Origin: Thermodesulfobacteriota bacterium
Lineage (GTDB): Bacteria > Desulfobacterota_D > UBA1144 > Nemesobacterales > Nemesobacteraceae
Assembly (NCBI GenBank): GCA_965202785.1
Contig: OZ241855.1
Span: 1,120,001-1,184,000 of the forward strand
DNA: 64,000 bases
Direction of reading: 5' to 3'
Part shown: positions 31,834 through 40,887 of the stretch, piece by piece
Layout of the letters: each line of letters opens with the position of its first letter
Numbering within the stretch: position 1 is the stretch's first letter
The notes under the pieces: generated by a model
The model's database searches: none
What the model was told of the DNA's origin: nothing
Seen by the model: only the letters and a program-made list of their open reading frames with translations
Position numbers and translations under genes: made by a program

Positions 31834-33135
31834 CTATTCCCCGAACGGGTCCTCAATTTCCGGGTGCCAGAGCTTGAAGTGTTCTTTGTGCAGGTCGTGG
31901 TATGAATCTTTCTCGAAATACTTGTCGTAGAATTCAAGATCGAGGTGGTGGGCCTGAAATACCAGCCGAACGAACATCGGGTCAAGGAAAGCCGGGAATC
32001 TCCCGTAGTTCTCATACACGTAGGTGCAGAAATCCTTTACTATCTGTATCCTGACTTCGGAGGGATGGTACTCATCGCGCAGGATCGATGCGGGATCTCT
32101 GTAGGGAAACGGGTTATCTTCTTTCCAGAATTCCCCTCTTACCTCCAGGAACCTGTCGACAGCTTCACCCATGTCCGCCACGTAGGGAGGGCAGAGGGAT
32201 TCGAAAACTCCGTCCCTTCCGACGGGGTAAGGCGGGTTTGTGCTCCTGACGCTTTCCTCCGGCTGGACGAACCGGAACCCGAGTCCCTTGTGGGAAGGGT
32301 CGACCCCGAGTGCGTAATGGGGAAGCAGTCCCGTAAAAGTCCAGCCTCCGAGACCCAGGGCCTGCAGCGCGAGATTCATGTTCTGGCTTATGAATGCCTG
32401 CTCCACGTTAAGCGTTGTCAGCACCCTTAGTTCCAGATCAAACAGTGAAAGCCTGACGTCGTTTCTTATGTAGCCTTTCTCTATCCACTTATCAAGGCCG
32501 CACGATCTTCCCCCGTTGAGTTCGTCAATGATGTTAAAGCCGTACTTGGCTCCGAAATATATGAACAGAAGCACCATGTACTCGACTGTGGTGTTGGTTA
32601 CCGGGATGAAGAAGGTCGTTCCCGGCTTGTTTGTGTTCCACGCGTTAAAGTCGAAAAGGCCGGGTTCTCCCTTCGGAAGGTCCGCCCTTTGGTTCTCAAG
32701 GGTAATTCTGCTTGCCCTGAAAAGCTCGACTATTTTTTCAAGCTGTTTTTCTCTGTCAAGCGACATAAAGATAGAGGTGTCGGGGGGTATGAGGTCAAAA
32801 AGCCGTACCATGTAAACACCTTCATCGTTTGTGTAGAAAAGTTCGGTCGAATGGGAATTGCAGGAGCACGGCCAGCTTCTGCCGGTCCACTGGAAAAGCC
32901 ATGATATGCCGGTTCTCGGAAGGTCCCCCAGAGAAAGACCCGTGGTTCCCGTGCCCGCCCAGATCAAAAAAGCCTCTTCGAGTTCGGAAAGGGGGACTGG
33001 GTCGTGAGCCGAACTGTAGGCAAGGTTTCCTTCGGGAATTTCCATCCCGAGACCGAAACGGCGCGACCTTCTTGAGAATATGGAATCCAGAAGACTGAAG
33101 TTTATGGCTCGTTCAAAGCCTTGGGGGATTTTCAT
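31834..33135 (-). CDS. Conserved hypothetical protein, nitroreductase-like fold
   Basis: RRSRRF near the N-terminus; QNMNLALQALGLGGW. Confidence 0.65.
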   Translation of the reverse strand: MKIPQGFERAINFSLLDSIFSRRSRRFGLGMEIPEGNLAYSSAHDPVPLSELEEAFLIWAGTGTTGLSLGDLPRTGISWLFQWTGRSWPCSCNSHSTELFYTNDEGVYMVRLFDLIPPDTSIFMSLDREKQLEKIVELFRASRITLENQRADLPKGEPGLFDFNAWNTNKPGTTFFIPVTNTTVEYMVLLFIYFGAKYGFNIIDELNGGRSCGLDKWIEKGYIRNDVRLSLFDLELRVLTTLNVEQAFISQNMNLALQALGLGGWTFTGLLPHYALGVDPSHKGLGFRFVQPEESVRSTNPPYPVGRDGVFESLCPPYVADMGEAVDRFLEVRGEFWKEDNPFPYRDPASILRDEYHPSEVRIQIVKDFCTYVYENYGRFPAFLDPMFVRLVFQAHHLDLEFYDKYFEKDSYHDLHKEHFKLWHPEIEDPFGE

Positions 33136-33181
33136 TTTTCCGCTTTTTTAGGCGGCCTTGCGAGAGGTGGCCCAGATCCGG

Positions 33182-33631
33182 TCAGTTGTTAAGGGTTTTG
33201 CATTCCTCGCAGATTCCGCTGAAAAGCACCGAGTATCCAAGAATTTTGTAATTATCTATTTGCGGGTCAAGTTCCGAGTAAGCTATGGAATCGTCGTAGA
33301 TGTCCTCTATTTTTTTGCATTTTACACATACGACGTGGTGGTGAGGTTCCATGTTGGCGTCGTATCTTGCCGCGTGATACAGGGTGTTGACTACTGATAT
33401 AAGTCCCATCCTCTCGAATGTCTCAAGCGTTCTGTACACGGTGGTAAGGGATATGTTCGGATAGTAGTCCTTTATGTTCTTATAGATCATCTCGGTGCTG
33501 GGATGCTGCATGCTTCCCGCAAGCTCCCTGTATATCGCTATTCTCTGAGGAGTTACCTTAAGCCCCAGTTCTTTGCTTCTTTTTATGAATTGCGATATCT
33601 TGTTTTCAGTTCCGAGTTCCGAATTCTTCAT
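33182..33631 (-). CDS. Fur family regulator (PerR-like)
   Basis: TPQR, SLTTVYRTL, HHHVVCVKC, CEEC. Confidence 0.92.
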   Translation of the reverse strand: MKNSELGTENKISQFIKRSKELGLKVTPQRIAIYRELAGSMQHPSTEMIYKNIKDYYPNISLTTVYRTLETFERMGLISVVNTLYHAARYDANMEPHHHVVCVKCKKIEDIYDDSIAYSELDPQIDNYKILGYSVLFSGICEECKTLNN

Positions 33632-33708
33632 AATCTGTCCCTTTAGGGGGATTAAAACAGGCCAGTCTCAGTGTACCTTAAAAGTCTTTAAGTCTCAAAC
33701 CGCATGCC

Positions 33709-34320
33709 ATGCAGAAAACTGTCATTGAGTTTATGAAGAAAAACAGGGTCGTGGCCGTTATCAGGTCCGCCAGTTACGAAAAATCTCTTGAATTCGCAAG
33801 GGGATGCGTTGACGGCGGGATAAGAATCATAGAAGTCATATCAATCTCTCCGGGTTCTGAAAGACTTCTTCGGGAGCTTGCCTCACAGGATGGAATATGC
33901 GTCGGAGCGGGTACGGTTCTTGACCGCGGTTCCGCCGAGCGGATGTCTGATTGCGGGGCCCGTTTCATAGTCTCTCCGCACACCAATCCCGGGATAATCG
34001 AGTATTGTCGGAAAAGCGGCATCACGGTGATCTCCGGCGCCTTTACATCCTCTGAGATGGTTAACGCCCGCAGCATCGGAGCGGACTTCGTAAAGATATT
34101 CCCCGCTTCGAGCTTCGGTCCGGGTTACGTGAAAGCCATAAAGGAGCCTCTCGGATTTATGGATATCATGGTCACCGGGGGAATTACCGCGGACAACATT
34201 CGGGATTATCTCTCGGCGGGAGCAGCGCTTGCCGGGGTGTCTACGGCGCTTTTGAGCGGAGGAGACGACTATCAGTCCATAAAACAAAGGGCCGAGGAGT
34301 TCTCCCGGTTCTCCACGTGA
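33709..34320 (+). CDS. eda: KDPG/KHG aldolase
   Basis: VAVIR, VGAGTV, FIVSP, VKIFPA, TGGI. Confidence 0.9.
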   Translation: MQKTVIEFMKKNRVVAVIRSASYEKSLEFARGCVDGGIRIIEVISISPGSERLLRELASQDGICVGAGTVLDRGSAERMSDCGARFIVSPHTNPGIIEYCRKSGITVISGAFTSSEMVNARSIGADFVKIFPASSFGPGYVKAIKEPLGFMDIMVTGGITADNIRDYLSAGAALAGVSTALLSGGDDYQSIKQRAEEFSRFST

Positions 34321-34688
34321 AAATGGATACAAAGCCGCAGGCAAGGCAGTTTTATCTTGATTCAATAGACGAGGTGTTTGCCGAGATCTTCTACCTTTTC
34401 GGCGGCGGCTTTGACGTCAGGATGGAGATTGCCTCCGAAACTTCGCTTGTAAGCGCTTCTTTTTCCCCCTGCATCTCGACGGTTAATCGAGAGGGGGCAG
34501 TCGACTTTGAGCTTTGTGCCTTTGAGTGTTCGGGTGTTTCTGCGGAGAATTTAGAGGAGTATCTCGGGGTTCCGGTGCATACCAGCAGCGCGCTTGAGTT
34601 CTTTGACTATGTTTTTTCCCAAAGATCTAAAGTTGTCTGCGGTGTGGATTTCGCGGGAAACAGCTGGATAATAACCGCTACTGACTGA
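34317..34688 (+). CDS. Hypothetical protein
   Basis: GTGA overlap with the eda stop; 123 aa. Confidence 0.55.
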   Translation: MKMDTKPQARQFYLDSIDEVFAEIFYLFGGGFDVRMEIASETSLVSASFSPCISTVNREGAVDFELCAFECSGVSAENLEEYLGVPVHTSSALEFFDYVFSQRSKVVCGVDFAGNSWIITATD

Positions 34689-34753
34689 AAACGCTCATTA
34701 TTTTGGCTGTTTCTAGATATTGATTTTCCTTTCCGGGTTATTTTTTTGCGGGC

Positions 34754-35140
34754 TTGCTTAAAACCTGTTACTTTAGCAAAGTGAGGTTTTTACCGTTGTT
34801 GTTGATGTTGGTGACCGCGTTTTCGTTACCTGCTTATGCCCAAAGCGGGACGGGCCACGACTGGTATTCGGGGAATAGCTACTATTGGAATACAGATTCT
34901 AAGGGTAAGACGACCGTTCATGGCTTCGATACGAAAACAGGGGCGTACTGGAATGCGACTGTCGAACCAGATGGGGATATGAGGGGTTACGATAGTAATT
35001 ACAACCCTTGGAGTTACGACAGCCGGACGGGATATTACTATAATTTCGGTACTGGGGAGAACTGTATCGGAAAAGGCTATGTCCGGACATGTTATTGGGG
35101 AGGCGCGCTTAATGGTCCCATGGGCAGGGGCAATCAATGA
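34754..35140 (+). CDS. Hypothetical exported protein (Gly/Tyr/Trp-rich beta-hairpin repeats)
   Basis: Signal peptide ending PAYA; repeated GxD/WN/YDS units. Confidence 0.65.
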   Translation: MLKTCYFSKVRFLPLLLMLVTAFSLPAYAQSGTGHDWYSGNSYYWNTDSKGKTTVHGFDTKTGAYWNATVEPDGDMRGYDSNYNPWSYDSRTGYYYNFGTGENCIGKGYVRTCYWGGALNGPMGRGNQ

Positions 35141-35213
35141 GCAAGCCGTTCACTTTGGGAGTGGACAGGAAAGGGAAGATTAGGATTGCCGTGGCAGGGG
35201 TAGGCGATAGCCT

Positions 35214-36293
35214 CTAGAACCGTTCCAGAATTTCGTAATAGGTATTTCTCTGCGCGGGGTTAAACCCGGCGCTTTTTATCATGTGAACGAGTTCGTCCAC
35301 AGTCGAGCGGATCTTGTTCTCAGCGCACCCCAGGACATTTTCATCGTAAAGGGTCCCGCCGAGGTCGCTCGCGCCGTAGTGCAGGGACATTGAACCCATT
35401 TTCTTTCCCTGGGTAAACCAAGAGCCCTGTACATGCTTGAAGTTATCAAGGAATATCCTGCATACCGAGAGAACCCTAAGGTATCTTTCTCCGCCGACTT
35501 CGTCCTTTATTCTTTTTTCAAGCAAGGTGTTTTTAGGTTTGAATGTCCAGGGGATAAACGCCAGGAAATTCCCCGTTTCATCCTGAAGCTCTCTTATCCT
35601 GAAGAGGTGCTCGATTATGTCCTCGTCATTCTCAAGGTGACCGAACATCATGGTCGCGGTTGTCTTGAAGCCCACAAGATGAGCTTCCCTGGTGATTCTC
35701 ATCCAGGTGTCGGCATCTATCTTGAGAGGGCTTATAGCCCTTCTCGCCCTGTTTGACAGCACCTCGGCTCCGCCTCCCGGTATTGTTCTTAGCCCCGCGT
35801 CCCAGAGGGTTTGCAGCACGTATCTCGTGTCTAGGTTTTCATACTTGGCAATGGCGGCTATCTCCGGGGCGGAGAATGCGTGGAGATGAAGATCTGGTAT
35901 CTCTTTCGTGGTCCTTTTTACGATTTCGATGTAATAATCAAGCTTCAGTTCCGGGTTATGGCCTCCCTGCAGAAGGACGGTAGTGGCGCCGTTATGGTAG
36001 GATGTGCGCATTATCTCAATCACTTTGTCGACGCTCATGGTGTAGGCGTCGTAGGCGCCCGGCGGTCTCCAGAAGGCGCAGAAAAGACATTCCGTGTCGC
36101 AGACGTTCGTGTAATTGGGGTTTGTGTCCGCGACGAAGGTCACTATGTTTTCCGGATTAAACCTTTTTCTTACTATATCGGCTAGGGAACCCAACTGGAG
36201 CAGGTCGGCCTTTCCGAGAAGCTGGGCGGCTTCGTCGGTCGATATCCGCTTACCTTCAAAAACCTTCGCGTAGATATTTTCAAGCGAATTCAT
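35214..36293 (-). CDS. mqnC: Cyclic dehypoxanthinyl futalosine synthase (radical SAM)
   Basis: NYTNVCDTECLFCAF (CxxxCxxC), LLQGGHNP, PGGGAEVL, TTATMMFGH, AFIPWTF. Confidence 0.88.
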   Translation of the reverse strand: MNSLENIYAKVFEGKRISTDEAAQLLGKADLLQLGSLADIVRKRFNPENIVTFVADTNPNYTNVCDTECLFCAFWRPPGAYDAYTMSVDKVIEIMRTSYHNGATTVLLQGGHNPELKLDYYIEIVKRTTKEIPDLHLHAFSAPEIAAIAKYENLDTRYVLQTLWDAGLRTIPGGGAEVLSNRARRAISPLKIDADTWMRITREAHLVGFKTTATMMFGHLENDEDIIEHLFRIRELQDETGNFLAFIPWTFKPKNTLLEKRIKDEVGGERYLRVLSVCRIFLDNFKHVQGSWFTQGKKMGSMSLHYGASDLGGTLYDENVLGCAENKIRSTVDELVHMIKSAGFNPAQRNTYYEILERF

Positions 36294-36550
36294 AGAGAAA
36301 ATTAATAAAGCTAATAGCGGAGGCAAAGTCAATTCCGCAAGCAGTGTTTCTGAAACCAACTTCGAAACGGGTGCGAACGGAAAATTCCTGCAGTTAAGAA
36401 AAAACGTATAATTTGGAAATTTGGTGTCTGTGCTTACGGGCTGGCAATGTGATAAAAGTTTAACAGCTCATTTGCGTGTAATTTTAAGGTTTTATCCAGA
36501 ACTCCGACCGCCAGCACTCCATATTTACCACTCAGCTATTTCATTTGAAT

Positions 36551-36591
36551 AAAAAAAGGAAGACTAAGCTACGGCAGCAACCTAGCCTTCC
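36551..36591 (-). terminator. Intrinsic terminator
   Basis: Minus strand GGAAGGCTAGGTTGC-TGCC-GTAGCTTAGTCTTCC-TTTTTTT: 15-bp stem that depends on G-U pairs, followed by U7. Confidence 0.8.
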
Positions 36592-36672
36592 CATTCAAAA
36601 CGCAAACACTTATAAGGGGCCTTGGCCCTCCCAAGGAGGTAACACAGATACAAGGCTGCGCTACCGAATAGT
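36551..36672 (-). ncRNA. Candidate sRNA of about 120 nt
   Basis: TTGACA (36706-36701), 17-nt spacer, weak TATTGG -10, strong terminator, no ORF. Confidence 0.4.
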
Positions 36673-36817
36673 TAGTACCAATACCCAAAAACAGAGATGA
36701 TGTCAATCAGGGGGTTGGCGTCAACTTACCATTCAAGCACTACATACTGCCCATTACTTGCAGTATTGGTATTACATTTAAGAAGCTGGTAGTGTGAGGA
36801 TACACATTTTGATAGAA

Positions 36818-36944
36818 GGTCGGGAGCCTCAAACGGCTTGAACGGGAAACCGTAGCTGGGAACATTCCCCGCACCTACTGAGGTCGGAAGTTTCCTAGAA
36901 ACTTGAAGGAAGTCAAAGCGGGCGGGCTCTACTGGTTCCCCACC
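36818..36944 (+). ncRNA. Candidate multi-hairpin structured RNA, family unassigned
   Basis: Closing stem plus at least four internal helices, one with a GAAA tetraloop. Confidence 0.35.
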
Positions 36945-36977
36945 GGCTGTTTTTATGATGACATATAATGAGAAATA

Positions 36978-37853
36978 ATGGAGTTCATGGAATTAAAGAT
37001 GTTGTTCCCAAAAACTATATGCTCTGTACCTGTTCAGAGGTTTTGGATATCCATGGTCAAAATCTCAATTGCTGCCGTTTTGTGGATGCTGGTGACGGCA
37101 TGCTTCCCAAGTTCTCCGGTATCCCCACCTGCTGTTACTCCGCCTGATGCGTGCGGCGACAAGGCCCCGGTTGTCACTAGCGGACGTCTCGAACGAACTA
37201 GCGAGACTGATTCTGCGGTTCTAGCCCGTCGCGTCTTAGAAATCCCGGATTTTTCCGGACACGGTCTGATCGACGAGATAGAGCGGGTTTTGGGCATAAT
37301 ACGTTCTACATGGCCGGAGATGGCCGAGGTGAATGCGCGCCCAAGATGGGAACCCGGGACGCTGATTTTGCGTTTGGAACCGTTTTTGTTCGAAGCCGTG
37401 TCCGTCAGTCTGCCCGAAGAGGGTGTTTCAGCTCCTTTTTGTACAGGGCACCCGGAGTTTGACGCTCTTAATACGGCGTTTGGGCTGCGAGGCGTGGAAA
37501 TTCTTCCTTTTGAATATACGCGGGTCATCGTGATCGGGTTTGACCCGCGCGAGCACGTCTACTCCGCGGGCGCATCATATGAGAAAATAGAAGGAGTCAT
37601 TTACGCCAGGCCCGAGCCCATGTTGGGAGATGGTTCCGATATTGAAGTGCTGTGGTCGGAGGGGAAATGGTACGCGGTGTTTCGCAGGGCATGGGGCGAT
37701 TGTCCGGCCGGCTGTATCTTTTCAGAGCTTTATTTCTTTGTCGAACACGAAGGTGACGTCAAACGAATTGATCCGGAGCGCGCAGGGGAAATCGAGGAGT
37801 TTGCCAAGATCCTTGCGGAGCGCGGCTGGATGCAGCGGCCCGAAAGACAATAG
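36978..37853 (+). CDS. Hypothetical lipoprotein
   Basis: Lipobox VTAC after a hydrophobic stretch; C-terminal WGDCPAGC motif. Confidence 0.7.
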   Translation: MEFMELKMLFPKTICSVPVQRFWISMVKISIAAVLWMLVTACFPSSPVSPPAVTPPDACGDKAPVVTSGRLERTSETDSAVLARRVLEIPDFSGHGLIDEIERVLGIIRSTWPEMAEVNARPRWEPGTLILRLEPFLFEAVSVSLPEEGVSAPFCTGHPEFDALNTAFGLRGVEILPFEYTRVIVIGFDPREHVYSAGASYEKIEGVIYARPEPMLGDGSDIEVLWSEGKWYAVFRRAWGDCPAGCIFSELYFFVEHEGDVKRIDPERAGEIEEFAKILAERGWMQRPERQ

Positions 37854-38030
37854 CTATTGTCCGACTAACTTGATGCGCGGAAGCAGTCGGTGTTGTTTTC
37901 CTTTGCTGTGTATTTTGATCCATTTTTGTTATTCTGTTTGAGAAGGTTCTGCCCGGTGTATCTCGGCGGTTTTTCCTTTCGTAACCAGTACGCACTGGGG
38001 TTTCGGAACCGAGGATTGATATGTGCTTGG

Positions 38031-39785
38031 GTGCGTGGCTTGAAGAAATTTCCTGAAAAAAAGTTTTTTCTTCTTTTATTTCTGTTTCTCTGTCTTTCCT
38101 GCAGCGGTGCCGGACTTTTCGTTGACCCCGACCGGGGTCTTGAGAGCGTAGACCGGGAGGATGCGTATTATCATTTTGCGCTTTCAGCGCTATATCTGGA
38201 ACAAGGGGACCTGAAACGTGCGCTGCAGAGCCTTGAAGAGGCAGAACGGATTGATCCCCAGTCCTCTGAAATAAAATACCGTCTCGCTCTGATTTACACG
38301 GTTCTTAATATACGCGAGAAGGCCGTCGCCAAGTTCACCCAGTCCATCGTTCTTGACCCATCAAATTCCCCGGCATACAGGGACCTTGCCCGCATCTACC
38401 TTGCATATCCGGACGAAACCATGAAGAAAAGGGGCAAGAAATTCCTGCTCAAGGCGGTCGAGATCAATCCAGGGGACAAGGAAGCCTATCTGCTTCTTTG
38501 TGCGACTGAACTGTATTCCGGAAATCTTGAGAAAGCGCAGAAGTACGCCGAAAAGAGCCTTTCGGTAAGTCCTAAAGATGTCACGGGTCACTTCTACCTT
38601 GGAAGCATCGCCTCGAGAAGAAACGATCTGGATGCCGCGGTAAAGCACTACAAAAGGGCTCTTGAAATTCAACGGACATACTACCCCGCTTTCGCCGGGC
38701 TCGTTGAAACCCTTGAGAAAGCGAAAAGAATAGAAGAGGCAATAGAGCAGTACGAGTCGGCGATCAGGAAATTTGCTCCTTATCGCGATGTTTTTATTTC
38801 CTACGGGAACATGCTTTACCGCCAGCGCAGGTTCGAAGAGGCCATAAAGCAGTACCACAACGCAGAGGCTGCGGATCCGGAGAATCCCGAGATTAGCTTC
38901 AGAATCGGTCTCCTCTATCTTGAAAGCGGCAGTTACGAGGAAGCTATCGGAGAACTAAAACAGGTTTTCGAACGTCTGCCTGCACATTTTGGGGCAAAAT
39001 ACTACTCCGCCGTCGCCCACACCAAGCTCGGGCGGTATTCCCAATCAAGGATGCTTCTCGATTCCATACCCCAAACCTCTGATTTCCACGTAGACGCGGT
39101 TATTCATGGGGCATATATACATGAACTCGAGGGTTCAGCACCGAAGGCGATCAGGATACTGAAAGAGCTTCATGAGAAAAACCCGTACAATCCCAAGGCC
39201 GTGAATTCTCTTGGTGAAATCTACGGAAGGCAGGAGAGGCAGCAGGATTCGATCTCTTTGTACGACAGGTATCTTGAAAAGCACCCCGATGACGAATCCG
39301 TTCTGTATTCGCTTGGCGTTTCGTATTACTACAGCGACCGCATACCGGAAGCGCTCTCGGTAATGGAGGATATAATCAGCAGGAATCCGCAGAGTTTCGA
39401 TGCGATGAATTTCATCGGGTACACATACGCCGAGCGGGGAGAAAAACTTGATTACGCCGAGGAACTCATTAACAAGGCTCTTGAGCTTGCTCCCGGGCGG
39501 GCTTACATAATCGACAGCCTGGGGTGGGTTTACTATCAGAAGGGCGATTTCACCGGAGCCCTTGAGTATCTCCTTCGCGCCTCGGAGATCCCTCCTCCCG
39601 ATGCGGCCATTCTGGAGCACGTGGGTGATGTGTATGAGAAACTCGGCAAAAGAGAACTCGCGGCGGAGAATTACGCAAAAGCCCTTGAACTTTTGGATTC
39701 CAAGAAACTGGTTACCGTTGAAGACAGGAAAATCCGCACGAGGCTTCAAGAAAAGCTAAAGGAATTCAGGCGCAATGAGGCATAA
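38031..39785 (+). CDS. Tetratricopeptide-repeat lipoprotein
   Basis: Lipobox LSC, many TPRs, C-terminal NFIGYTYAE...IIDSLGWVYY...HVGDVY; start placed downstream of the ORF-track start at 37890. Confidence 0.88.
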   Translation: MRGLKKFPEKKFFLLLFLFLCLSCSGAGLFVDPDRGLESVDREDAYYHFALSALYLEQGDLKRALQSLEEAERIDPQSSEIKYRLALIYTVLNIREKAVAKFTQSIVLDPSNSPAYRDLARIYLAYPDETMKKRGKKFLLKAVEINPGDKEAYLLLCATELYSGNLEKAQKYAEKSLSVSPKDVTGHFYLGSIASRRNDLDAAVKHYKRALEIQRTYYPAFAGLVETLEKAKRIEEAIEQYESAIRKFAPYRDVFISYGNMLYRQRRFEEAIKQYHNAEAADPENPEISFRIGLLYLESGSYEEAIGELKQVFERLPAHFGAKYYSAVAHTKLGRYSQSRMLLDSIPQTSDFHVDAVIHGAYIHELEGSAPKAIRILKELHEKNPYNPKAVNSLGEIYGRQERQQDSISLYDRYLEKHPDDESVLYSLGVSYYYSDRIPEALSVMEDIISRNPQSFDAMNFIGYTYAERGEKLDYAEELINKALELAPGRAYIIDSLGWVYYQKGDFTGALEYLLRASEIPPPDAAILEHVGDVYEKLGKRELAAENYAKALELLDSKKLVTVEDRKIRTRLQEKLKEFRRNEA

Positions 39786-40527
39786 CTGGGTTTTTATTCC
39801 GTTTGTTTTTCTCCTTTTTTCCTGCGCTGGCCAACTTCCGCCCACTACTGTCGGCCACCCTGATCCTTCCGCCATATTGGCAAAGGCAAAACGCACTCAG
39901 ATGGGCTTCACTTCGATAAAAGCCAGGGCGAGGGTGTCGATAAAATCCCCACAGGGGAAAATTGTTTTCGATCAGGTAGGCACTGCCGTCCGCCCGGAGT
40001 TTCTGAGAGTTTCGGTTTTCGCTCCTTTCGGCGAGATGCTCGCGAGGGTGGTTTCCGACGGAGAAAGTGTGAGAATGAAGACCAGCTGGGAAGAGTTGAT
40101 CTTTGAGAATCCGGAAGATTTCAGACTTTCCTACCTTTATCCGGGACTCCCACCCCAGCTCGGAGTTGAGGAGATAGTAAACTTTCTGCTGGGGGGATCC
40201 CCGTTTGCCATCCCCAAGAAAAGTTACTCTGTGCAGGCCGGGGAGAAGGAAGGGGAAATAGTCTTCGTGTTTTCGGGAAGTACTCCCCTCCGGGTCACGG
40301 TCGATTCCCGGAGAAATTTCATAACCAGGGTAGAGGGTGCGCTTTCTGACGGAGAGAAGGCTAAAATTGAGTTCTCGTTGCTCAAACGGATTGACTCGGA
40401 TACCTATTTCCCGAGAAAGCTGCTTTTTGAGACCGCCGATTACAGCCTCAACGTGAATTATGACGAGAATTTACGGGTAAACTCAAAGACAGATATTTCT
40501 TTTTTCCGGTCCGCGGAGGAACGCTGA
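39775..40527 (+). CDS. Lipoprotein, LolB/DUF4292-like
   Basis: Lipobox LFSC; beta-rich; typical position after the TPR gene. Confidence 0.6.
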   Translation: MRHNWVFIPFVFLLFSCAGQLPPTTVGHPDPSAILAKAKRTQMGFTSIKARARVSIKSPQGKIVFDQVGTAVRPEFLRVSVFAPFGEMLARVVSDGESVRMKTSWEELIFENPEDFRLSYLYPGLPPQLGVEEIVNFLLGGSPFAIPKKSYSVQAGEKEGEIVFVFSGSTPLRVTVDSRRNFITRVEGALSDGEKAKIEFSLLKRIDSDTYFPRKLLFETADYSLNVNYDENLRVNSKTDISFFRSAEER

Positions 40528-40528
40528 T

Positions 40529-40822
40529 TTGTCGCAGAAACCGCTTGTAAGAAACTTCGTAATAAGGAACCGTTTGGGTCTTCACGCCAGGGCGGCCGCG
40601 GTTCTGGTCGCCCTGACCAGCAGATTCAGTTCCAGTATAATGATAAGGAAAGACAGTTTCGAGATAGACGGAAAAAGCATACTGGGCGTTTTGTCCCTTG
40701 CGGCCATTTGTGGCACTAAAGTTGCCGTTACGATAGAGGGAGAAGACTCGGAGCTTGCGATGGAGGAAGTCTCCCGTCTGATTGAAAGCGGCTTCGGGGA
40801 AGGGATCGATCCGGAGAACTGA
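40529..40822 (+). CDS. ptsH: HPr phosphocarrier protein
   Basis: NRLGLHARAA, DGKSILGVL. Confidence 0.9.
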   Translation: MSQKPLVRNFVIRNRLGLHARAAAVLVALTSRFSSSIMIRKDSFEIDGKSILGVLSLAAICGTKVAVTIEGEDSELAMEEVSRLIESGFGEGIDPEN

Positions 40823-40887
40823 GTTTGGGATATTCTGCAAACGGGATAAGCTGAATCGGTTCTTGGGGGAAAAGCACTGTTACAGCT

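Noticed and set aside
36810-36950. Cobalamin riboswitch, SRP RNA or 6S RNA identity
   Set aside because: Only fragments match (GGGAA, GAAGGAAG, CTTGAAC); the core consensus and element order are missing
36336-38055. Possible degenerate direct repeats around the ncRNA/lipoprotein islet (36336-36390 vs 37991-38055)
   Set aside because: Only short blocks match (GTTTC, GGGTGCG, GAAA.TTCCTG) and several gaps are needed; cannot be told from chance by eye
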